Below the pieces are notes generated by a model, which had not been told where the DNA came from, did no database searches, and worked only from the letters and a program-made list of their open reading frames with translations. Shown here one piece after another: positions 19,444 through 27,194 of a DNA stretch of 64,000 nucleotides (position 1 is the stretch's first letter; every line of letters begins with the position of its first letter). The stretch lies in contig JALOTJ010000001.1 in NCBI GenBank assembly GCA_025457965.1, forward strand, positions 1,271 through 65,270, given 5' to 3'. This DNA comes from Spirochaetota bacterium (GTDB lineage Bacteria; Spirochaetota; UBA4802; UBA5368). The translations under genes were made by a program, and so were the position numbers.

Positions 19444-20208
19444 CTATATCGAACCGCCCCCGTCCGCCACGAGGATCTGGCCGGTCATGTACGATGACGC
19501 TTCGGAAACCAGGAACAGGGCGATCCTGCCGATTTCCTCGGGCATGGCGATCCTCCGTAGCGGTGTATGCGACAATTCCTGTTTCATCAGGCTCTCATTG
19601 CTCCACAGGGCCTGGCTGAACTTGGTCTTCACCACTCCGGGGGCGATGGCATTTACGCGTACGCCGAATTCACCCAGCTCCTTCGCCATGGCGCGGGTGA
19701 GCATGCCTATGCCCGATTTACTGATGCAGTAGAGACCCAGCCCGATATCGGGGCTCACTCCTCCTACCGAGGAGATGTTAAGGATATTGCCCGATTTCTG
19801 CTGCTGCATGATCTTTCCCACCAGCATGCTGGTCAAGGTGTATCCCTTGAGGTTGGTGACCATGATCTGGTCGTACATCTTCTCATCCATATCGACCATA
19901 AGCCCCATGCCCGGGTTCGTGGCCGCATTATTGACAAGAATGTCGATCCTGCCGAATTCTTTCATTACGGCGTCCACCAGCACTTTGATCGTCTCGGCGT
20001 CCCGGTTATGGTAGGCAACCGCCAGGGCCTTGCGACCCATGGCGCGAATTTTTTCAGCCACAACGTCAAGGTCCGCCTGTTTCCGGCTCCCCACGACGAC
20101 ATCCGCCCCCGCATCGGCCAGCGCCAACGCAACGGCTTCGCCAATACCACGGCTGCCGCCGGTAACCAGCGCGACTTTCCCTTTTAATGACAAATACGAT
20201 GTATCCAT
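19444..20208 (-). CDS. SDR-family oxidoreductase (3-oxoacyl reductase-like)
   Basis: KVALVTGGSRGIGEA. NNAATN. YCISKSGIGMLTRAMA. ATG at 20208 has RBS GGAGGG. Confidence 0.85.
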   Translation of the reverse strand: MDTSYLSLKGKVALVTGGSRGIGEAVALALADAGADVVVGSRKQADLDVVAEKIRAMGRKALAVAYHNRDAETIKVLVDAVMKEFGRIDILVNNAATNPGMGLMVDMDEKMYDQIMVTNLKGYTLTSMLVGKIMQQQKSGNILNISSVGGVSPDIGLGLYCISKSGIGMLTRAMAKELGEFGVRVNAIAPGVVKTKFSQALWSNESLMKQELSHTPLRRIAMPEEIGRIALFLVSEASSYMTGQILVADGGGSI

Positions 20209-20278
20209 AGCAGTCCCTCCTGAATAATTAGTACCTGTACTGATGAAACCATGCACTGAGCGTCAATCAGCATGCCAT

Positions 20279-20331
20279 CAATAGTAACATATGTTAACAC
20301 CGTTTACACAAGTTAACATTGTTGTCAATAG
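20279..20331. promoter_or_regulatory. Composite palindromic operator: CAATAG-TAACAT-ATGTTAAC-N13-GTTAACAT-TGTTGT-CAATAG
   Basis: Perfect 8 bp inverted repeat ATGTTAAC (20291-20298) and GTTAACAT (20312-20319), flanked by direct CAATAG repeats. Lies between the acyl-CoA synthetase stop (20345) and the SDR start (20208). A related motif, AACATAAGTTAACAC, occurs at 24270-24284. Confidence 0.45.
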
Positions 20332-20344
20332 TTTTTTTCCCGCC

Positions 20345-22183
20345 CTATACAATCTCGGTCCCATTTTCAACATACATCTCATCGATGATGGATGAATACT
20401 TCGAGGTGACGACCCGCCTTTTGAGTTTGAGAGTGGGCGTCAGCTCTCCGGTCTCCTGTGTCCATTCATTGACAATAATACGGTATTTCTTTATCTGCTC
20501 CACCCGGCCGAATCCACGCATCCTCCCCGAGATTTCGCCTTCATATAGATCCCGGACCTGCTGATTCGCGAGGAGAGCGTCTCTCGAGTCGAAAACGATT
20601 CCCTTCTGTGCGGCCCATGCCTCAAGCTCGAGGAAGGCAGGAACGATAAGGGCCGTCAGATACTTTCTGTTATCGCCGATAATGGCGACCTGCTCGATAT
20701 ACGGGGATTCCTTCAGGGCGTTCTCGAGGTTCTGCGGTGCAATATTCTTGCCACTCGATGTGATGATGAGGTCCTTTATACGCCCCGTAATTATAAGGTT
20801 GCCGCCGTCATCGATCATCCCGGTATCGCCGGTTTTAAGAAATCCGTCGCTTGTGAAGGCCTCACGGGTCGCTTCCTCGTTCTTATAATACCCGACCATC
20901 AGCTGCGGCCCCTTTATGAGGATCTCACTCTCCGGCCCTATCTTCACGATCGTGTTTTTCACCGCGCGGCCCACGGTCCCGAGCCGTATGTGGCCGAGAG
21001 TGTTGAAATTCGTCACCGGGGATGTCTCCGAAAGACCGAACCCTTCGACGATGCTGATGTCCATGCCGATAAAAAACTGGGCGTCCAGCGGGTTGAGCGG
21101 CGCCCCTCCGCAACCGACATACAGCAGGCAGTCGATTCCCAGAGCGGCCTTAAGCTTGGAGAATATCAGCTTGTTGGCCAGCCGGTATTCGATGGCGAAA
21201 AGCCCCTTTCTCTTAACGCCGTTGCAAACATAGGGCATATTGCGCCTTCCGACCGACATCGCCCAGCCAAAAAGCGTCCTCTTGACCGCGGAAGCACCGG
21301 CGACTTTTGCGTACACCCCGGCCCGGATTTTTTCGAGCAGCCTGGGAACCGTGGCTATGAGCGTCGGCTTCGAGAGCTTCAGATCATCGAGCACGGTGTT
21401 GATGCTTTCCGCAAAGTACACTTTTATGGCGGCGAAAATCCCGCCATAGTAGACCAGCGTACGCTCGAAGATATGTGAGAGCGGGAGAAACGAAAGGACC
21501 CTCTGTTCATTGTTGATGAATTCCGGAAAGGCCGAGTAGTGCTGATCGATGTTGGTAATGATGTTGCGGTGCTTCAGCATGACGCCCTTCGGATCACCCG
21601 TCGTGCCCGAGGTGTAAATAAAGGTGATAATGGAGTCCGGATCGATCGCGTTGAGGCGTTTATCAAAGACGCCTTTGTCTTTGGCCTTTTTTCCGGCCTC
21701 AAGGGCCTCCCCGAAAGTCTTCGCCCCCTTGATCTTTTGATCGATTTCATCGAAAACGACGATATCGATCAGCTGCGGAAGGTCTTTACGAATCTCCATC
21801 ACCTTGTCGAGGTGCTCCCTGGTGCCCACGAAGCATATTCGCGAATCGGAATTGTTGAGGATATAGCGGGCCTCCTCCGGGGTGTTGGTGGCGTAAATCG
21901 GGACGGTGGTGGCGCCGATGGATATCGACCCCATGTCCGAAACCCACCACTCGTAGCGGTTCGGCGAAAAAATGGCGACCTTGTCCCCCGGGTTAATGCC
22001 CATGGAAACGCAATAAAGCCCTATCGCGCGCACCATCTCGTTCATCTGGTTCCATGAGATATCCTCGAAGGTGCCCTCCCTGGTTTTCTTCGCCACACAG
22101 GCCTTGTCGCCCATTTCCTTCACGCGTCGCTGAAAAATCTCCGGAATCGTCGTCGTGTTCGTTATTGTCGTATCTACTCTCAT
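20345..22183 (-). CDS. Long-chain fatty-acid--CoA ligase (AMP-forming)
   Basis: YTSGTTGDPKGVMLKHRNI AMP-binding motif. 612 aa. RBS GGGGGAGGGG. Confidence 0.9.
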   Translation of the reverse strand: MRVDTTITNTTTIPEIFQRRVKEMGDKACVAKKTREGTFEDISWNQMNEMVRAIGLYCVSMGINPGDKVAIFSPNRYEWWVSDMGSISIGATTVPIYATNTPEEARYILNNSDSRICFVGTREHLDKVMEIRKDLPQLIDIVVFDEIDQKIKGAKTFGEALEAGKKAKDKGVFDKRLNAIDPDSIITFIYTSGTTGDPKGVMLKHRNIITNIDQHYSAFPEFINNEQRVLSFLPLSHIFERTLVYYGGIFAAIKVYFAESINTVLDDLKLSKPTLIATVPRLLEKIRAGVYAKVAGASAVKRTLFGWAMSVGRRNMPYVCNGVKRKGLFAIEYRLANKLIFSKLKAALGIDCLLYVGCGGAPLNPLDAQFFIGMDISIVEGFGLSETSPVTNFNTLGHIRLGTVGRAVKNTIVKIGPESEILIKGPQLMVGYYKNEEATREAFTSDGFLKTGDTGMIDDGGNLIITGRIKDLIITSSGKNIAPQNLENALKESPYIEQVAIIGDNRKYLTALIVPAFLELEAWAAQKGIVFDSRDALLANQQVRDLYEGEISGRMRGFGRVEQIKKYRIIVNEWTQETGELTPTLKLKRRVVTSKYSSIIDEMYVENGTEIV

Positions 22184-22273
22184 GACCCCTCCCCCTTGTT
22201 GTTGTTATTTTTTTCTGATTGTTCCACCCGTCTTTCTCCGCGCGCCGCGCGGGGAGACGGCGACTGCCGCCCT

Positions 22274-24136
22274 TCAGGCGCTCGCGAAGCTCTCCTCGAA
22301 AATCTCGACGACGCTGATGTCTTCGCTCTTGATGGCCCTCACCACGGCATAGACCTCCGGAAGCACGTTCTTTATAAAGTACCTGGCGCTCGAAAGCTTC
22401 CCGGAGTAGAAGGCCGCGTCCCTGTTCTCCTTGACGAACGAGGCCCACGCGATCATATCGGCCGGGTTGACCTTGTTCGATTTCCCGATGGCGTCGAGTT
22501 TCCCCTTCGCGATACCTGCCTGCCACACGAGGATCCAGGCGCAGACTATCTTTCCCATCATCATCAGGAACGGATAGGCGTGTGCGATCGGCACAAAGAA
22601 CTTTCCCTGCTTGCCGCACTGGGCGAAAAACATTCCAACCTCGCCCAGGGCGTTGACGGCCTCCTGAAAATCCGGGACGAGATCGGGAAGCGCGTCCCTG
22701 TACAGCGCTATCGTGGAGCTCATCTCGGTCAGGAGCGCCATGAAGTACGCGCCCTTTTTCATCCCCAGCTTGCGGCCCACCAGGTCGAGCGACTGTATGC
22801 CGTTCGCCCCCTCATAGATGGACGCGATCTTCTCATCACGCATGAACTGGCATATCGGATAGTCCTCGCAGTACCCGTACCCGCCGTACACCTGCATGGC
22901 CAGCTCGGTGATTTTAAAACCGACGTCCGAGCAGTAGGCCTTGCAGATGGGCGTCAGCAGTTCCAGCACGCCGTTCCACTTGTCCTTCTCGGCATCGTCC
23001 TTCGCGACGGTCTCCCTGTCGATCGCGGACGCGGCGTAATACATAAGCCCCCTCATCGCGTCGACGTTCGACTTCATCCACAGCAGCATGCGCCGGACAT
23101 CCGGATGCTGAACGATCGGCACGCGCGGGGCCTCGGGGTTCTTCATGTCGAGCAGCGACGAACCCTGCAGCCGCTCCCTGGCATAGGAGAGGGCGTGCAG
23201 GTACGCCGTCGAAGCGCTCGTCAATCCCTGCATGCCGACGCTTATGCGGGCCTCGTTCATCATCTGGAACATGATCTTCATGCCCTGCCGCTCCCCGCCG
23301 AGGAGCTCGGCGTAGCAGTCGTCGTTGTCGCCGAAGTTTATGAGGCAGGTCGCGCTGCCGTGGATGCCCAGCTTCTCCTCGATCTTTCCGATCTCGTAGT
23401 CGTTGCGCCGTCCCAGGCTCCCGTCGTCGTTGACCAGGTATTTTGGGACAAGGAAGATCGAAATGCCCCCCGTTCCGGCGGGATCGCCTTCAATCCGCGC
23501 CAGGACCGGGTGTACGACGTTGTTCACCAGGTCGCTGTCGCCCACCGTAATGAACAGCTTGGTACCCTTAATCCGAAACGTTCCGTCGGGCTGCCGTATG
23601 GCCTTTGTCGTCAGGCTGCCGACGTCCGTCCCCGCGGCGGGCTCGGTGAGACACATCGTGCCGCCGAACTCGCCGGTAACCATTCTCGAGAAGTAGCGCT
23701 TTTTCTGGTCTTCCGTGCCGTAGGTAAGAACGAGGTGGGCCGCCCCCTCGGCAAGCCCCGGATACGACAGGAAGGAGAAATTATGCGCGAACCAGTCCAT
23801 CGAGGCGAAGCGGATGACCTGGGGCAGGCCCTGACCGCCGTACTCCTGGGGAAAGCACATCGAGTTCCACCCGCCCTCGACGAAGAGCTTATAGGGCCGG
23901 TGAAAACACTCCGGCACGTGCACCTGGCCATTCTCCAGTCGGCACCCCTGCTCATCCGACTCCTTAAGGGTGGGGAAGATCTCCTTGACCGCCAGCTTCT
24001 GCGCTTCGCCCATGATCATATCGAAGGTTTCGGTCGAGAAATCAGCGAAGTGCGGGGATTCGCACAGCGTCCCCACGTTGAGCATCTCATTCAGTACAAA
24101 TTGCTGGTCCCTCTCGTCCAAGATCAAATTTGCCAT
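22274..24136 (-). CDS. Large acyl-CoA dehydrogenase (about 620 aa, FadE/AidB-like, with an extended C-terminal domain)
   Basis: ACAD core (MCLTEPAAGTDVG; YGGYGYCEDYPICQFMRDEKIASIYEGANGIQSLDL). ATG at 24136 has RBS GGGAGGGG. First gene of the co-directional cluster. Confidence 0.9.
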   Translation of the reverse strand: MANLILDERDQQFVLNEMLNVGTLCESPHFADFSTETFDMIMGEAQKLAVKEIFPTLKESDEQGCRLENGQVHVPECFHRPYKLFVEGGWNSMCFPQEYGGQGLPQVIRFASMDWFAHNFSFLSYPGLAEGAAHLVLTYGTEDQKKRYFSRMVTGEFGGTMCLTEPAAGTDVGSLTTKAIRQPDGTFRIKGTKLFITVGDSDLVNNVVHPVLARIEGDPAGTGGISIFLVPKYLVNDDGSLGRRNDYEIGKIEEKLGIHGSATCLINFGDNDDCYAELLGGERQGMKIMFQMMNEARISVGMQGLTSASTAYLHALSYARERLQGSSLLDMKNPEAPRVPIVQHPDVRRMLLWMKSNVDAMRGLMYYAASAIDRETVAKDDAEKDKWNGVLELLTPICKAYCSDVGFKITELAMQVYGGYGYCEDYPICQFMRDEKIASIYEGANGIQSLDLVGRKLGMKKGAYFMALLTEMSSTIALYRDALPDLVPDFQEAVNALGEVGMFFAQCGKQGKFFVPIAHAYPFLMMMGKIVCAWILVWQAGIAKGKLDAIGKSNKVNPADMIAWASFVKENRDAAFYSGKLSSARYFIKNVLPEVYAVVRAIKSEDISVVEIFEESFASA

Positions 24137-24261
24137 ACACCCCTCCCTGTTGATTAGTAGATCACCCCATACACTTCCCCGCCCTCCATGAGATCCGGTC
24201 TTTCCATCCGCCGCTTCCCATGAACCGCCACGGGCAAACAAATATTAATGATGTTATCAAA

Positions 24262-24290
24262 ATGAAACAGTGTTAACTTATGTTATTATC
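24262..24290 (-). promoter_or_regulatory. Putative operator/promoter element upstream of the acyl-CoA operon (motif AACATAAGTTAACAC on the minus strand)
   Basis: AT-rich 100 bp stretch (24240-24340) 100-200 nt upstream of the first ACAD start. Contains the GTTAAC-centred motif shared with the site at 20286-20300. Confidence 0.35.
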
Positions 24291-24717
24291 ATTAATTAAA
24301 AGAATACGATGATATGTCAACATTTTTCTAAGTTTAGAAAAAATTCTTCCCCAAACAGCTTCGGCGCCCGCCCAAAGGCTCGATAATGGGGCATTTTGGG
24401 CTGTTGACAATGGAAATGTACACAAAGAGGGGCAAAGGTGATGAGCTATCTACCGCGACGGCAAAGCCCCGTTCAAAATCCTGCCGTAACAGGATGCGAA
24501 TTATACGCTTCCTCATCCCGGAGCAGTCGTTGATGGTATTCGACAGCACTGCTTCACGGAACTGCCAAACCGTGTTCCCGGCAAATGAGGGTGTGCAGGG
24601 AAATTCCTTATTCTAACATAACGAGCACAAAATCGGCTTCAAGGATTGTTCTTCGATCTCACTACGGCATTAATACTTTTAAAAAGTTTATGCCCTCGAG
24701 ACAAGCTCCAGGACGTA

Positions 24718-25332
24718 TTACTTCCCATACACGCTGTTTCCGTTATCCACCGCGTCCCTGTCGTACTCCGCCGGCGCCGCTTTGCCCACAAGCTTATAAG
24801 CCGACAGGGCATAATTCTTCGCCGTGCGGCATAAATCGATCGCTCCCTTGGGATGCGGCGAATCCAGCGCCGTTTTTGCGTCTTTTAAATTCTGACTCGC
24901 CATCTGCATGTATTTTTCGACCTTCTGATCATCCACATGATCGACCAGGTCGACGCCGACACCATCGACGAGCTTTTCGGTCCTCTCGACGTACTTCTTC
25001 GCGAGGCTCCGGTACAGCGCGGCCTGGATCTTCAGATAGTCATTGTATATGACAATTGCTTCCTGATATTTGGTTTGAATGAATTTAACTTTGCCCAGCC
25101 TTATCTGCTTCTCCGCCTCGGCAAACGACGCCAGGTCCGATGCGTCCCCGAAATTCCGCACGGGCACCTCGAGCGCCTTGATCTCCTTTTCGCAGCGTTC
25201 CCGCAGGTGTGTGGCGTCGGAGAGGTCGCTTGCGTAGACCGTCATCGCCGGTACGAGCATTGCCAGCACGGCGAGGGTCATAAAACCCGTGCGTTTTCGA
25301 TGTACGTTTCCCCGCTTACTAAACATGGCCAT
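24718..25332 (-). CDS. Secreted hypothetical protein (signal peptide, predicted helical)
   Basis: MAMFSKRGNVHRKRTGF-MTLAVLAMLVPAMTVYA-SDL has the n-, h- and c-regions of a Sec signal. RBS GGAGGA at ideal spacing. Confidence 0.6.
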   Translation of the reverse strand: MAMFSKRGNVHRKRTGFMTLAVLAMLVPAMTVYASDLSDATHLRERCEKEIKALEVPVRNFGDASDLASFAEAEKQIRLGKVKFIQTKYQEAIVIYNDYLKIQAALYRSLAKKYVERTEKLVDGVGVDLVDHVDDQKVEKYMQMASQNLKDAKTALDSPHPKGAIDLCRTAKNYALSAYKLVGKAAPAEYDRDAVDNGNSVYGK

Positions 25333-25570
25333 TCCTCCATTTCCCTAATGGTGAAAAGGTACATCCAAAAGGCAATAATTGCAAGGAAAGAAAAGGTACG
25401 ATTTAACGGGGTACATGATATAATTGAATAGAAAAGAGAAATAATAGAGTTTCTTACTTTCATTTTCAGCGAATTCCCGCTATCCTCTTTTTACCGTCGG
25501 TTACACATCTGCGATGCGCGCTTTATGGTCGGGTGTTGGTTCCGATACCATTCCAGGGAGACACGGAAGT

Positions 25571-26590
25571 ATGAACCGCAGACACTCCGCATATCTTCTG
25601 GTAGTCTGTATCATGACGGCCGCGTTCAATACGGCGACCTCCGCCGCGGCAATCCCTCCGCTTGCCGGGCGCGTCAACGACACCGCGTCGATGTTTTCCG
25701 CGCCGGTGCGCGTCGAGATCGAGAGTTTGCTCGCCGCCCACGAGCGGGAGACCACCAACCAGGTGGTCGTGGCGACTGTCCCCTCCCTCGAGGGCGAGGA
25801 TCTGGAAGGCTATTCCATCCGCCTCGCCGAGGCCTGGAAGATCGGGCAAAAGGGCAAGGACAACGGGGTGATCCTCCTCTTTTTAAAAGAGGACCGAAAG
25901 GTCCGCATCGAGGTGGGCTACGGCCTTGAGCACCGACTCACCGATCTCATCTGCGGAAGAATAATCAGGAATCATATCGTCCCGAACTTCAAGGCTGGCC
26001 GCTTCGACGAGGGGCTGCGCTCCGGGGTCGCGGCCGTTCTGGGAACGCTGAAAGGGGTGGACGCGGCGGTGGACGCGGTCGAAGCGCCCGTGGAGCCGGT
26101 GAAGGATTTCGGCTATTACGCGAATAACGCTCTTCAGTATATCGTCGCGGCAATCCTCATGGGAATCGCCGCGGCCTTCGTCGTGGGAATCCTGTACGTG
26201 TTTTTCAACATGGCGTTTTTCCAGACGGGTGTCGTCGGATGGGTTGGGTTCGTTGTGTTCACCCCGGTATTCTTCCCGCTCATGCTGTTCCCGGTAATTT
26301 CGGCGCTCAAATTCGCAGGGTGCGGCGACGGGTGTTTCACGACGGCCGGAATCGTGGTCGCCGGACTGCTTATCGGCATGAAAATATATTTCCTTCGGGC
26401 CCGGCGCGGAAAAACCATCGCCGAAAGATTTCGCATGGATTTATCCAGCAGCTCCGGCGGCGGGTCGTCCTACAGCTCCTCATCGTCATGGAGTTCGTCG
26501 AGTTCTTCCAGTTATTCATCGGGCGGCTCGTCGGGATTCGGCGGCGGGGGAGGGAGTTTCGGCGGAGGAGGGGCTTCGGGCTCGTGGTGA
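25571..26590 (+). CDS. TPM-domain (TLP18.3/YgcG-like) membrane protein with a Gly/Ser-rich C-terminal tail
   Basis: Signal/TM then TPM domain (SIRLAEAWKIGQKGKDNGVILLFLKEDRKVRIEVGYG), several TM helices, then a tail ending GGGGSFGGGGASGSW. ATG at 25571 has RBS GGAAG. Confidence 0.8.
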   Translation: MNRRHSAYLLVVCIMTAAFNTATSAAAIPPLAGRVNDTASMFSAPVRVEIESLLAAHERETTNQVVVATVPSLEGEDLEGYSIRLAEAWKIGQKGKDNGVILLFLKEDRKVRIEVGYGLEHRLTDLICGRIIRNHIVPNFKAGRFDEGLRSGVAAVLGTLKGVDAAVDAVEAPVEPVKDFGYYANNALQYIVAAILMGIAAAFVVGILYVFFNMAFFQTGVVGWVGFVVFTPVFFPLMLFPVISALKFAGCGDGCFTTAGIVVAGLLIGMKIYFLRARRGKTIAERFRMDLSSSSGGGSSYSSSSSWSSSSSSSYSSGGSSGFGGGGGSFGGGGASGSW

Positions 26591-26623
26591 TAGGAGTGAA
26601 CAACGCTTAAATCGGATCAATCC

Positions 26624-26764
26624 TCAATACCATAGCTCGCCAGTGGTGAGACAGCTGATGCATACCTCATCGTCCGGAATTTCCGAAAACCATCCAAGAA
26701 CACGCGCTTCGGGTTTCGGCCGGAAAAGCTCGGATACGACACACGTGTCAATCAGACAGCTCAC
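26624..26764 (-). pseudogene. Truncated VapC-type PIN-domain toxin remnant (46 aa then stop)
   Basis: GTG at 26764 overlaps the antitoxin TGA in a GTGA 4-nt overlap. Translation VSCLIDTCVVSELFRPKPEARVLGWFSEIPDDEVCISCLTTGELWY* is a typical PIN N-terminus (LLDTNVVSE..P...V..W). It terminates after about one third of a normal VapC. Not in the ORF track because it is under 60 aa. Confidence 0.55.
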
Positions 26765-27018
26765 AGCGTTATATCCCGCCCGCTTTCCATTATACGCGAG
26801 GTATCGATCTCCAACTCTTTATAGGGCCTTGAGAGAAGGACCGCTTTTGTGGAAAGGCCCGAATCCCTGACCTTTTTTTCATAGGTTGCCACTTCTATGA
26901 CATACACAATCGGCCTGTTGTTTTTCGTTAGAAGTTGCGGCTCTCCCTTCGCGGCCCTTTGGACGAGCGCGGAGAACCTGCTTTTGGCGCTTTTAATCTG
27001 CCATGTTGTTTTGGGCAT
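26761..27018 (-). CDS. Phd/YefM-family type II antitoxin
   Basis: WQIKSAKSRFSALVQRAAKGEPQLLTKNNRPIVYVIEVATYEK matches the Phd/YefM fold. 85 aa. Confidence 0.75.
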   Translation of the reverse strand: MPKTTWQIKSAKSRFSALVQRAAKGEPQLLTKNNRPIVYVIEVATYEKKVRDSGLSTKAVLLSRPYKELEIDTSRIMESGRDITL

Positions 27019-27194
27019 GGCTGCCCCGTAGTATGTCTAAAGTTTCTATAAATACTACTGGGTATTGGGCTTGAAGTCGAATATTTTTACAACAGGTATA
27101 AAGTGCCGGCATCTTAATTCGATACGTGTGAGTATCGGTCGAGGGTCATCATTGTTAATGGCTTCTTCGTTTTAAACCGGGAGCCGCGGCCCCA

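Noticed and set aside
22196-24157. 653-aa plus-strand ORF
   Set aside because: Antisense to the large ACAD whose motifs and RBS are clear. Low-complexity Arg/Gly/Leu-rich translation.
25514-25570. Upstream extension of the TPM-domain gene to 25514
   Set aside because: The ATG at 25571 has a proper RBS and is followed directly by the signal/TM segment. The extension adds a non-conserved Arg-rich leader and would run within 55 bp of the divergent secreted-protein gene start.
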